NCBI RefSeq assembly: GCF_008000775.2
Contig: NZ_CP042905.2
Coordinates: forward strand, 1-32,000
Direction of reading: 5' to 3'
DNA: 32,000 nt
From: Promethearchaeum syntrophicum
GTDB lineage: Archaea; Asgardarchaeota; Lokiarchaeia; Sigyniarchaeales; Promethearchaeaceae
Below the pieces are notes generated by a model, which did not search any database, was not told the DNA's origin, and saw only the letters and a program-made list of their open reading frames with translations. Numbering within the stretch: position 1 is the stretch's first letter; each line of letters starts with the position of its first letter. Made by a program: the position numbers and the translations under genes. This document shows positions 1 to 8,485 of the stretch, in pieces.

Positions 1-261
1 TTTTATATATGACAAATACGAAGTTAAATTAATTAGAAAAATTTAAAACATATTTCTATAGTTAAAAAACTTTTTTCATAAATTTTAAATAAGATCTTGT
101 AAATTCCATTCAATTTTTAAAATATATTAACGCCTAAATCTTAGAGTATTAATTTTTAGGTTAACAATGCAATTTAAATATAATCTCGACAAAAATCAAT
201 AAGTGTGTAATTTCACTCATATTGGAGGATATTGGGTGAATAGTTGTGGGTGTGAATTTAA

Positions 262-1551
262 ATGTTTGATATAGAGAATTACTTTGAAAATTTTGTAAAA
301 ACAAATAAAATTTTTGAAGAACGAAACATATTACGACCAGAATTTGTACCTAAAATTCTTCCTCATCGAGATATTCAAATTAGGAAGATAGCGGAAATAG
401 TTGCTTGCACTTTAAAAAACTCAAAACCTTCAAATATTTTTCTCTTTGGAAAAACCGGAACCGGAAAAACTGCTGTTATAAATTATGTTAAGGATCATCT
501 CAATAATCAATGCAGAAATTCAGATATTCATGAACCTAAATGGGTTTCTTTAAATTGTCAACAAGTAAATACCGGATATAGAGTGTTAGCTCGAATTTGT
601 AATGATTTAGATCCTGATGACCCAGTACCTATAGCAGGTTGGCCGATAGATGTAGTTTTTGACAAACTAATTGAAAAATTAGATACTTTTGTCCACGGAA
701 TTTGCTTTATAATTTTAGATGAAATAGATATCTTAGTTAAAAAAATGGCAAAATCACATGATATTCTGTATAATTTAGCTCGAATTAATTCAAGGCTAAA
801 ACACGCTAAAGTTAATATAATCGGAATATCAAATGTTTTAAATTTTAAAAATGCATTAGATCCTCGAGTTTTAAGTAGTTTAGGGGAGGAAGAAATTGTT
901 TTTCCTGCTTATAATGCCAATGAATTAAAAGAAATTTTGAATCAAAGAGCGAATTCTGCATTCCAAAATGGTGCTTTAACACTTGAAATCATCTCTTTAT
1001 GTGCTGCTTTAGCGGCAAAAGAACATGGGGATGCCAGAAAAGCATTGGATCTACTTAGAAAAGCAGGAGAACTTGCTGAAAGGCGCCAATCTCCTAATAT
1101 CACCCCCGATTTTGTGTATTTTGCCCAAGACGATATAGAAAAAGATAAAATGAAAGAATATTGCGAGAGTCTTCCACTTCAAAATAAAACAATTTTATTA
1201 AGTATTTATTCAATGCAAAAATACCGATCAGGGAATGCAATTATCACAGGTGATGTTTATACATGCTATTTAGAACTGCAGAAACAAATCCCAGGTTTAA
1301 ATAAATTATCGCAACGTCGTGTTTCTGAAATTATTCGTGAATTGGATCTTTCAGGCATATTGAATGCACAAATTAAATCAAATGGAAGGTATGGAAGAAC
1401 TAAATTCATAAATCTGAATATACCTTTAGAAAATTTGAACACATTTTTAATTAATGATAACCGTTTGAATGATTTGTTTGATTACAGACCTAGATGCATT
1501 GAATCAAATACTACTTGTTTTAAAGGACAAAAATACATAAAACTGGGTTAA
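262..1551 (+). CDS. cdc6: Orc1/Cdc6 replication initiator (AAA+ ATPase with C-terminal winged helix)
   Basis: 429-aa ORF. Walker A GKTGTGKT and Walker B IILDEID are present. The C-terminal winged helix carries GRYGRTK, typical of archaeal Orc1/Cdc6. It is preceded by 261 nt of AT-rich non-coding DNA. Confidence 0.93.
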   Translation: MFDIENYFENFVKTNKIFEERNILRPEFVPKILPHRDIQIRKIAEIVACTLKNSKPSNIFLFGKTGTGKTAVINYVKDHLNNQCRNSDIHEPKWVSLNCQQVNTGYRVLARICNDLDPDDPVPIAGWPIDVVFDKLIEKLDTFVHGICFIILDEIDILVKKMAKSHDILYNLARINSRLKHAKVNIIGISNVLNFKNALDPRVLSSLGEEEIVFPAYNANELKEILNQRANSAFQNGALTLEIISLCAALAAKEHGDARKALDLLRKAGELAERRQSPNITPDFVYFAQDDIEKDKMKEYCESLPLQNKTILLSIYSMQKYRSGNAIITGDVYTCYLELQKQIPGLNKLSQRRVSEIIRELDLSGILNAQIKSNGRYGRTKFINLNIPLENLNTFLINDNRLNDLFDYRPRCIESNTTCFKGQKYIKLG

Positions 1552-2231
1552 CTAAATTCCCATTTTTCTCTTTTCTCAACTAAATCCTCAAGTAATTTAA
1601 GAGTTTCTTCATTATTTGTTATATTTAGTTTTATAAATACACGTCCTAAATGAGGACAGAATTTTTTTTGCTTTTTACGAAGTTTAATGTATTCTGGGCA
1701 ATTATGAGTTATTTTTCGAATCTTTGGAGAGATTACAAAATGATAGGAAATCTTTTTTCCACTTTCATCTTTATCTTCTATGTTTCCGCTAATTGAATCG
1801 ACAAAATCTATTTTATCTATTGAAAGTGCTTTACTTCTGATTAAGCTGGCTTTCTTTTTGGTCGATGGATCAATTAAATCATCTTCAAATATTTCAAATT
1901 TCATTTTCTCATCAATTTGTATAGGCGGACGCCAAGAATTGCTTAAAATGTTATTGATTTTTTCAATTTTATCTTCTCCTTTATCTTGCCATTTTTCAAA
2001 CTCAACTTTTAGTGGATTACTCAGAGAAACCTCTTCAGATTTAGAATCTTCAACTAAATATTCCAAATCCAATGCTTCTCTAACAATTTTTTTAACTTCT
2101 CCTAATGAAGCTAAAAATAATTCAAATGTCAAGAAATTATAGAGTTCATCTATGTTTATTGAAGGACTATCAATTATTTTCCAAATATATAAAATTCTTT
2201 GACGTTTATCTGAAGGAACACTGAAATTCAT
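1548..2231 (-). CDS. Uncharacterised protein with a C-terminal SWIM-like zinc-finger motif, co-transcribed with DP1
   Basis: 227-aa ORF. Its ATG overlaps the DP1 stop codon (ATGA at 2228-2231). The C-terminus has H-x-C-x13-C-x-H (THNCPEY...FCPHLGRVF, nt 1650-1706), resembling the SWIM pattern CxCxnCxH. The middle of the protein is a K/E/D-rich linker. No other family signature was recognised. Confidence 0.6.
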   Translation of the reverse strand: MNFSVPSDKRQRILYIWKIIDSPSINIDELYNFLTFELFLASLGEVKKIVREALDLEYLVEDSKSEEVSLSNPLKVEFEKWQDKGEDKIEKINNILSNSWRPPIQIDEKMKFEIFEDDLIDPSTKKKASLIRSKALSIDKIDFVDSISGNIEDKDESGKKISYHFVISPKIRKITHNCPEYIKLRKKQKKFCPHLGRVFIKLNITNNEETLKLLEDLVEKREKWEFS

Positions 2232-4084
2232 TTTAAATCACTAACCAAATTAATTACTTGAGGAACTAGTTTGTCTTTTATATTAACGATAGTCGGTTTT
2301 CCATAGTCGGGAATGATACCCAGACTTTTCATGAAATCAGTTTGGGCTTGGAAGCATCCAGAATTAACCAATAAGATACCATGATAAAATCCATAGCCAT
2401 TTTTATGTAGATGACCTGTATGCAGTATATCTGGAACTTCATCTAACACTAACCAATCTTTATTAACTGGAGCAAGTTCAGTTTTTCTTCCATAACTGGG
2501 TACTAAATGGCGCGCGTGTATCATTTCTTTCATTGAATTAAAAGGATCATCGTTATTTAGTCCTGGAATCATCATGTTTATATCTATTAAAGAAGTCCCG
2601 TGAAATAATTCAGTTTTAATTCCGTGTAAACTAACTAAACTTGGACAGCCTACCATTTCTATATCTAAATCATACAATCCTTTAGCTAAATATTTGGGAA
2701 TAGCTGGTGCTGGGACAGCTTTTCGAACACCATCATGATCTCCTGGAGATATGATAATTTTAATATAATCAGGAATTTCTGAAAGATAATTTGCGGTGGC
2801 TTCATATTGTTTGTAAATATCAGTAATTAACAATCTTTTATCTTGGTTCGGGTATACTCCAATGCCATCAACGATATCCCCAGTTATACATAAATATTTT
2901 ATTTTTCCTGCTTGTTTAATTTGTTTATCAGTACCCACTCTACAATTAATGTAATCAACAAATCTATTCCATACTTTTTCAAGCCAATCCTTGCTTCCAA
3001 AGTGGGTATCTGAAATTAAACAAATCGCCAAATCTTCATCAGGAAAATTTATTAAATGGTCTTTAGGAGTGTCAGGAAAGATAATATCATTAATTAATAC
3101 AATTTTTGAATTCGTATCTTGATTAACATTCAAATATCCATCTACTATAACAACATGATCTGGGAGCAATCTTGGAATTAAATCATAGCATTTTTGAGAT
3201 TCTTGTCTAACTAATGAGATACAAGTGCCAGTAGGGTCTTCAAATTCAATTAAATATTTTTTTTTCATAGTTTGCTTTTTACTTACAACCATACCGATGA
3301 ATTTCACATTTACGGAGTTGTTTAATCTATTAATCATGTTTATTTCAAGTATTCCTGAAGCTTCTGGTCTTTTTTTCAAGATATTACTAAGTTTATCGAA
3401 TTTATCCTTTTGAACAGCAAGAAACTCTTCGATTTTGCCCTCTGTATGGAGATATTTTGTTGGATCTTTCAAGATTTTTATTTCGGGGCTATAATCTGAG
3501 GCAATGGCTTTAAATGTTGAAGTGCTTCTCCTCAATTTCAGAGGTTCCCATTTTCCTTTTTTATTATCTGTTATCTTTTCACTTTTATTCTTATGTATTG
3601 GTTTTTCATCAAGTTTTATTTTTGGTTCAGGAATTTTTTCAATTTCTGTAATTTCCAAAGAATCATCACTCTCTGATTCTCTAACTTTATCATCCCCTAA
3701 ATCCATTTTTGAGATCGGGAATAAAACATTTTTACTTTGTGAGTTGTTTTTTTTTAGTGATTTTTCTTCTAATTTACTGTCTTTTTTATTTTGTGTTATT
3801 TCTATGTTTTCAGATTTCTCTTTCGATTGAATATTATTAGTTTTTAGACTTTTTCCTTCAAAATTTTTAAAGATTTCTAAAAAATCTCTTTGAATTGTAT
3901 TCATAGTAATATGGGAGTTAAAATTTGGAGAAAATGATAATGATTGAATTATTTCCTCAAGTTGTTGACCATTAATACCCAATTTATTTAAATATAATAA
4001 TGCTTTCGGGGATATATTTATTCCTGAAGAATTTAATTTATCTAAAAGAGAATTTACTGATGGAATATGTATAGAAGTTGTCAT
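2228..4084 (-). CDS. polD1: DNA polymerase D (Pol II) small subunit DP1, the 3'-5' exonuclease subunit
   Basis: 618 aa. The C-terminal calcineurin-like phosphodiesterase motifs are present: ISDTHFGS, ITGDIVDG, SPGDHDG, LFHGTS and HTGHLH. An OB-like region lies upstream of them (KFIGMVVSK...IVDGY). The N-terminal domain is followed by a K/E/S-rich linker containing an imperfect duplication, EGKSLKTNNIQSK / EEKSLKKNNSQSK. Confidence 0.93.
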   Translation of the reverse strand: MTTSIHIPSVNSLLDKLNSSGINISPKALLYLNKLGINGQQLEEIIQSLSFSPNFNSHITMNTIQRDFLEIFKNFEGKSLKTNNIQSKEKSENIEITQNKKDSKLEEKSLKKNNSQSKNVLFPISKMDLGDDKVRESESDDSLEITEIEKIPEPKIKLDEKPIHKNKSEKITDNKKGKWEPLKLRRSTSTFKAIASDYSPEIKILKDPTKYLHTEGKIEEFLAVQKDKFDKLSNILKKRPEASGILEINMINRLNNSVNVKFIGMVVSKKQTMKKKYLIEFEDPTGTCISLVRQESQKCYDLIPRLLPDHVVIVDGYLNVNQDTNSKIVLINDIIFPDTPKDHLINFPDEDLAICLISDTHFGSKDWLEKVWNRFVDYINCRVGTDKQIKQAGKIKYLCITGDIVDGIGVYPNQDKRLLITDIYKQYEATANYLSEIPDYIKIIISPGDHDGVRKAVPAPAIPKYLAKGLYDLDIEMVGCPSLVSLHGIKTELFHGTSLIDINMMIPGLNNDDPFNSMKEMIHARHLVPSYGRKTELAPVNKDWLVLDEVPDILHTGHLHKNGYGFYHGILLVNSGCFQAQTDFMKSLGIIPDYGKPTIVNIKDKLVPQVINLVSDLK

Positions 4085-4291
4085 AGGTTATTATTACCCC
4101 GAAAATTGTTATTGAATTTATTTTTTTTAAATTCTAACAGATCTAAGATTTTTTAGGATTTACTTTGTAACTAGAGTCTTTATTTTAAATTACTCCTATT
4201 AACTCTAAAACTTCTGATGTTAATTCACTGATAGTTTCAATTTTAAACAATTGAAGTTTTTAAATATAATATAAAGAAGGAAAATGATTAC

Positions 4292-7200
4292 ATGCCTATA
4301 GTGTGCTCAGAAAAACAAACGAGATATTTTGATAAAATTGAAGCAGATGTCCTTAAAATCTATGAATTTGCGGAAGAAGCACGTAAAATTGGTGTGGACC
4401 CAGAATGTAAAGTAGAATGCCCCCCTGCAAAAGATATGGCAAGTAGAGTAGAGCAATTAGTAGGACCTACTGGTATTGCTGAGAAATTAAGGGAATGGAA
4501 AGAAAAGGGATATGATCAAGATGAAAGCTGTTTTAGAGCTATGGATTTAATTATCGAAGGTAAATTTGGAAAACATGACAACAATGAACTTGCAGATTTA
4601 GCAATTCGAGTGGCATTAGCTGTAAAAACTGAAGGAGTAGTTAGTGCTCCTCTTGAAGGTATTTCTAAAGTCGTAATTCGAGATAATAAAATTGGAGGAA
4701 AACCATATCTATCCCTTTATTTTGCAGGTCCTATACGAGCAGCAGGTGGAACTGTTCAAGCTTTTGCTGTTCTATGCGCAGAATATGTTCGTCAAAAAAT
4801 GAAAATTGCACCTTGGAAAGCAACTGATGAGGAATGTGAGAGATTTGTTGAAGAGGTTAAAATGTATGATCGAATTTTAAACTTACAATACCCATCAACA
4901 CACGAAGAAATCAGCTTTGCGGTTGATCATCTTACAATTGAACTTAACGGTGATCCAACAGAAACACAAGAAGTTTCAGCACATCGAGATTTACCCAGAA
5001 TTGACACAAATTTCGTACGGGGAGGACCATGTTTAGTGTTAAATGATGGATTATTACTTAAAGCAAAAAAAATTCAAAAAATAATCGATAAAAGAAAAAT
5101 ATCTGGATGGGATTGGTTAAAAAAGCTAAAAAAGCTTGGCCAAATTGATCAAACTAAAGAAGAAGATGCAGATGAAAAGGATAAATCTCAAAATTATGAT
5201 GGAGATTTATATAAAGGAAAAAATGTTGAAATTGAAGATACGTCTATGAAGAAAACTATAGATACACCTGTATTAAAAAGAAAAAGTATGTTAGAAGAAA
5301 AAAACCCTCCATTAAATAAATTCATTGCTGATGTTATTGCAGGTCGACCTGTTTTCGCTTTCCCATCTGAGATTGGAGGGCAACGAATTAGGTATGGAAG
5401 ATCTCGAAATACTGGATTAGCTGCATCTGGTATTCATCCCTCACAAATGTTTCTGTTGGAAAAATTTATGGCAATTGGAACACAAATTCGAATTGAACGC
5501 CCTGGAAAAAGTAGTTCCGTAATGCCTGTAACATCAATAGAACCTCCAATCGTTTTAATGAAAAATGGAGATGTCAAACAATTATGGAATATTAAAGAAG
5601 CACAAAAAATATCAGATAAAAGAAATACTGAAAAGATTTTATTTTTAGGCGATATTTTATTTGGATATGGAGAATTTGCAGAAAATAATCATATTATGCT
5701 TCCCTCTGGATATGTAGAGGAATGGTGGAGTGTTGAACTCGAAGATGAATTAAAGAAGAAAATTCAAAATAAGAAAAATCCCTTTGAAAATCTTCCTACT
5801 AGTATAAATAAAGAAAATATTGATAAAATGATTCAAAATCCATTTACTAATATTCCCACCGGTCAACAAGCTTTAGATCTTGCTATAAATTTCAATATCG
5901 GACTTCATCCAAGATATCTTGATCATTGGGGAAATATTAATGGAGTTGATTTGCTTAAATTTCGCGATGGATTTAAACAAGGGATTTTAGAGTTGTTTTC
6001 TCTGCAGGATATTGCTGAATTGAGTACATTTTCCACAGAAAACCTCAATGAGAAATTAAAAGACGGTCTTCTTATTTCTAATAATCCAAAAATCAAACAT
6101 ATACTAGAAAATGCTTTTGTTATTCATGATAGCGAAGACTCGCATCTTCGAATACATCAAAATCGAGCTATCATTTTTATCGAATTATTAGGTTTTGGTA
6201 AAACTGCAAAAAAAACCGATAAAATTGATAAAAAAGCCAAAGATCTGACCGCGTTAGACCTTTTTCCATATTTATCGACTATTGAAGTTCATGATAAAGC
6301 CCCTTATTATATGGGTAGCAGAATGGGGCGTCCAGAAAAAGCAAAAGAGCGAACTATGAGACCTCCCGTTCAATCTCTTTTTCCGATAGGACATGATGCG
6401 AAATTAGCGCGTTCATTTCAAAATGCGAGTCAGAAACCTAGTATTAAAATTGACATCTGCCAGAAAAAATGCCCTAAATGTGATGCAATTACTTTTTTGA
6501 ACTTATGCCCTAAATGTGGGACACATACAGAAATTCAGAAAATATGTCCTAATTGTAATGGTTTATATGAAAAGCAAGAAAATTTATGCCCAAAATGTCA
6601 AAGAGCTTTAGTCAATAGTTCAATAAAAAAAATATCATTTAAGACATATTTTGAAAACGCTTTAAAAAATATTCATAAAACAATTCCAACAATAAAGGGG
6701 GTTAAAGGTATGACTTCAGAGTATAAAATACCTGAACCCCTTGAAAAAGGAATCTTAAGGGCGATAAATAAAGTTTGGGTCTATAAAGATGGAACGATTC
6801 GAGCAGATTCTACAGATATTCCATTAACCCATTTTAATTGTAAAGAAATTGGAGTATCAGTTGAGAAAATAAAAGAACTCGGTTATGATAATGATACATA
6901 CGGTAATCCAATAATAGATGATTCCCAAATTATTGAACTCAAAGTTCAGGATGTTCTTTTAACTGATCATTTAGGAGATTATTTTGTTCGTGTTGCAAAA
7001 TTTGTAGATGATGAACTAGAATACTTATACAAAAAACCCAGATTTTATAATATTACTGATAAATATCAATTGATTGGACATTATATGGCGGGTTTAGCAC
7101 CTCATACGTCTGCAGCAATTATAGGCAGATTAATTGGATTCACTCAAGCAGAATCAGGTTATGCACACCCATATTGGCATGCTGCCAAAAGAAGAAATTC

Positions 7201-7954
7201 TGATGGAGATGAAGATGGAATTATGCTTTTACTTGAATGTTTATTGAATTTTTCAAGATATTATTTACCATCATCTCTTGGTGGAAAAATGGATGCGCCC
7301 CTTGTTATTTCTCTTCTCTTAGATCCTCTGGAAGTTGATTCTGAATCACATAATGTTGATTATGGTTCCAGATATCCCCTACAATTCTATCTAGATTCAC
7401 AAAAATACGTAAAACCTATAGAAATGAATGGTTATATGGATATATTTAAGCATCATTTGCGGAAAGAATCCCAATTTGAAGGATCAATGTTCACTCATCC
7501 AACTAAGTCAATCAATTTAGGTCCTCATAAATCAGCATATTCATTATTTAAAACAATGAATGAGAAAATAGATTCTCAATTATACCTCGCAAAAGTTATT
7601 TCTGCAGTTTATGAGCAGGAAGTTGCCAGAAAGGTAATTGGTTCCCATTTTGCGCCAGATATTTTAGGAAATCTTCGTGCTTTCTCCACTCAAACGTTTA
7701 GATGTGTCAGGTGTGGGGAAAAATTTAGGCGAATACCACTATCAGGTAAATGCACAAAATGCAAAGGCAAATTACTTCTAACAGTCACTTCTGGAGGGAT
7801 CAAAAAATATCTCCCAAAAGCTCAAGAAATGATTAAAGAATTTAATTTAGGCGCGTATACCGAGCAAAGATGGAAAATTATTGAGAAAAACGTCGCATCT
7901 CTTTGTGATAATCCGAAAATAAAACAACAAACAATTGCGTCTTTTTTTAAATAA
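4292..7954 (+). CDS. polD2: DNA polymerase D (Pol II) large catalytic subunit DP2
   Basis: 1220 aa. Zn-finger clusters are present (CPKCDA..CPKCG..CPNCNG..CPKCQ and CVRCGEKF..CTKCKG). Conserved DP2 blocks include GRPVFAFPSEIGGQRIRYGRSRNTG, YMGSRMGRPEKAKER and AKRRNSDGDEDG. No intein-like insertion is present. The gene is divergent from DP1. Confidence 0.95.
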   Translation: MPIVCSEKQTRYFDKIEADVLKIYEFAEEARKIGVDPECKVECPPAKDMASRVEQLVGPTGIAEKLREWKEKGYDQDESCFRAMDLIIEGKFGKHDNNELADLAIRVALAVKTEGVVSAPLEGISKVVIRDNKIGGKPYLSLYFAGPIRAAGGTVQAFAVLCAEYVRQKMKIAPWKATDEECERFVEEVKMYDRILNLQYPSTHEEISFAVDHLTIELNGDPTETQEVSAHRDLPRIDTNFVRGGPCLVLNDGLLLKAKKIQKIIDKRKISGWDWLKKLKKLGQIDQTKEEDADEKDKSQNYDGDLYKGKNVEIEDTSMKKTIDTPVLKRKSMLEEKNPPLNKFIADVIAGRPVFAFPSEIGGQRIRYGRSRNTGLAASGIHPSQMFLLEKFMAIGTQIRIERPGKSSSVMPVTSIEPPIVLMKNGDVKQLWNIKEAQKISDKRNTEKILFLGDILFGYGEFAENNHIMLPSGYVEEWWSVELEDELKKKIQNKKNPFENLPTSINKENIDKMIQNPFTNIPTGQQALDLAINFNIGLHPRYLDHWGNINGVDLLKFRDGFKQGILELFSLQDIAELSTFSTENLNEKLKDGLLISNNPKIKHILENAFVIHDSEDSHLRIHQNRAIIFIELLGFGKTAKKTDKIDKKAKDLTALDLFPYLSTIEVHDKAPYYMGSRMGRPEKAKERTMRPPVQSLFPIGHDAKLARSFQNASQKPSIKIDICQKKCPKCDAITFLNLCPKCGTHTEIQKICPNCNGLYEKQENLCPKCQRALVNSSIKKISFKTYFENALKNIHKTIPTIKGVKGMTSEYKIPEPLEKGILRAINKVWVYKDGTIRADSTDIPLTHFNCKEIGVSVEKIKELGYDNDTYGNPIIDDSQIIELKVQDVLLTDHLGDYFVRVAKFVDDELEYLYKKPRFYNITDKYQLIGHYMAGLAPHTSAAIIGRLIGFTQAESGYAHPYWHAAKRRNSDGDEDGIMLLLECLLNFSRYYLPSSLGGKMDAPLVISLLLDPLEVDSESHNVDYGSRYPLQFYLDSQKYVKPIEMNGYMDIFKHHLRKESQFEGSMFTHPTKSINLGPHKSAYSLFKTMNEKIDSQLYLAKVISAVYEQEVARKVIGSHFAPDILGNLRAFSTQTFRCVRCGEKFRRIPLSGKCTKCKGKLLLTVTSGGIKKYLPKAQEMIKEFNLGAYTEQRWKIIEKNVASLCDNPKIKQQTIASFFK
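7925..7948 (+). other. C-terminal PCNA-interacting peptide (PIP box) of DP2
   Basis: The codons caa caa aca att gcg tct ttt ttt encode QQTIASFF. This matches Q-x-x-[ILM]-x-x-[FY]-[FY], one residue before the stop. A C-terminal PIP box is a known property of DP2. Confidence 0.8.
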
Positions 7955-8065
7955 TTTCATGGATTATATTTTCCTTCCTTATAGGATTGAATCCCAAACT
8001 TCTAATAGAAGTGACAGACTTTAATTAATATAAATAATGTACCATCTTCTTGGTGAAGTGAAGAA

Positions 8066-8272
8066 TTGAAAAAAAAAATCAATGAAGATCTCGAGGCATT
8101 CTCGAGAATTACTCTCCCTCAATCTGTTTTACAGCCTATAAGGTGCGACAACTGTCAAAAGCCTTTACCAAAACGTCATATTATCCACAAAAACATTTGC
8201 CAAGAACCCCCTGAGCATAAATTTTGTTCACGCGAATGTAAAGATAAATGGTGTGCAGAACACACGAAATAA
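8066..8272 (+). CDS. Small TRASH / zf-FCS-like zinc-binding protein
   Basis: 68-aa ORF. The only possible start is TTG, because an in-frame stop lies at 8054-8056. A GGTGA sequence lies about 14 nt upstream. The Cys pattern is CDNC...(23 aa)...FCSRECKDKWC, close to the TRASH consensus C-x2-C-x19-22-C-x3-C. Confidence 0.5.
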   Translation: MKKKINEDLEAFSRITLPQSVLQPIRCDNCQKPLPKRHIIHKNICQEPPEHKFCSRECKDKWCAEHTK

Positions 8273-8334
8273 TATTTCACATTAAAAAAAAAAAACTTTT
8301 TTGAGATCATACTTTTATTATAAAGAGAATCCAA

Positions 8335-8449
8335 GCATGTGTAGCCAAGTGGTCGAAAAATAGCCAAATCGGCTGGATTTGCCAAAACGGCGCTGGACTT
8401 GAGATCCAGTGAGTTTTTGCTCTCATGGGTTCGAATCCCCTCACATGCG
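8335..8449 (+). tRNA. tRNA-Ser (anticodon UGA) with a roughly 30-nt insertion (putative intron) in the D-loop
   Basis: The acceptor stem GCATGTG/CACATGC pairs at all 7 positions. The anticodon arm is CTGGA-CTTGAGA-TCCAG. There is a long variable arm (GAG-TTTTTG-CTC). The T arm ATGGG-TTCGAAT-CCCCT has one T-C mismatch. The D-stem halves GCC and GGC are separated by 42 nt instead of about 11. The discriminator is G and no CCA is encoded. Confidence 0.8.
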
Positions 8450-8452
8450 TTA

Positions 8453-8458
8453 TTTTTT
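8453..8458 (+). terminator. Oligo-T tract downstream of tRNA-Ser
   Basis: A T6 run lies 4 nt after the discriminator base. Archaeal terminators are typically oligo-T. Confidence 0.35.
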
Positions 8459-8485
8459 CTTAATCTTTTTAATTTTTGAATCTTA

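Noticed and set aside
2178-2201. QRILYIWK near the N-terminus of the SWIM-like protein looks like a PIP box.
   Set aside because: Position 8 is Lys rather than an aromatic residue, and position 7 is Trp. The segment lies in a predicted structured hydrophobic region, so it does not meet the canonical motif.
2732-2743. DP1 phosphodiesterase motif III reads GDHD rather than the GNH[DE] usual in calcineurin-like nucleases.
   Set aside because: All other metal-ligand motifs are intact and Asp can still coordinate metal. I cannot tell from memory whether this is lineage-typical for DP1, so it is not reported as an anomaly.
4236-4255. 7-bp inverted repeat TTCAATT-N6-AATTGAA in the DP1/DP2 divergent promoter. 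A similar repeat, AAGAATT-N18-AATTCTT, lies at 14984-15015 upstream of the SAM synthetase gene.
   Set aside because: At this base composition, roughly one 7-bp inverted repeat is expected by chance per 200-nt AT-rich spacer. AATTGAA-like words recur throughout the window, so there is no basis to call operators or an origin element.
4292-7954. Checked DP2 for an intein or a split gene, both of which occur in some archaeal PolD genes.
   Set aside because: The ORF is continuous at 1220 aa, a normal length. Conserved blocks are contiguous and no intein-type motifs were seen. The K/E/D-rich stretch around residues 275-335 is a low-complexity linker.
7984-7994. GGATTGAATCC downstream of DP2 resembles a tRNA T-arm.
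   Set aside because: No acceptor, D or anticodon arms can be built around it on either strand. With a 1-nt centre it cannot form a hairpin, so it is most likely a chance palindrome.
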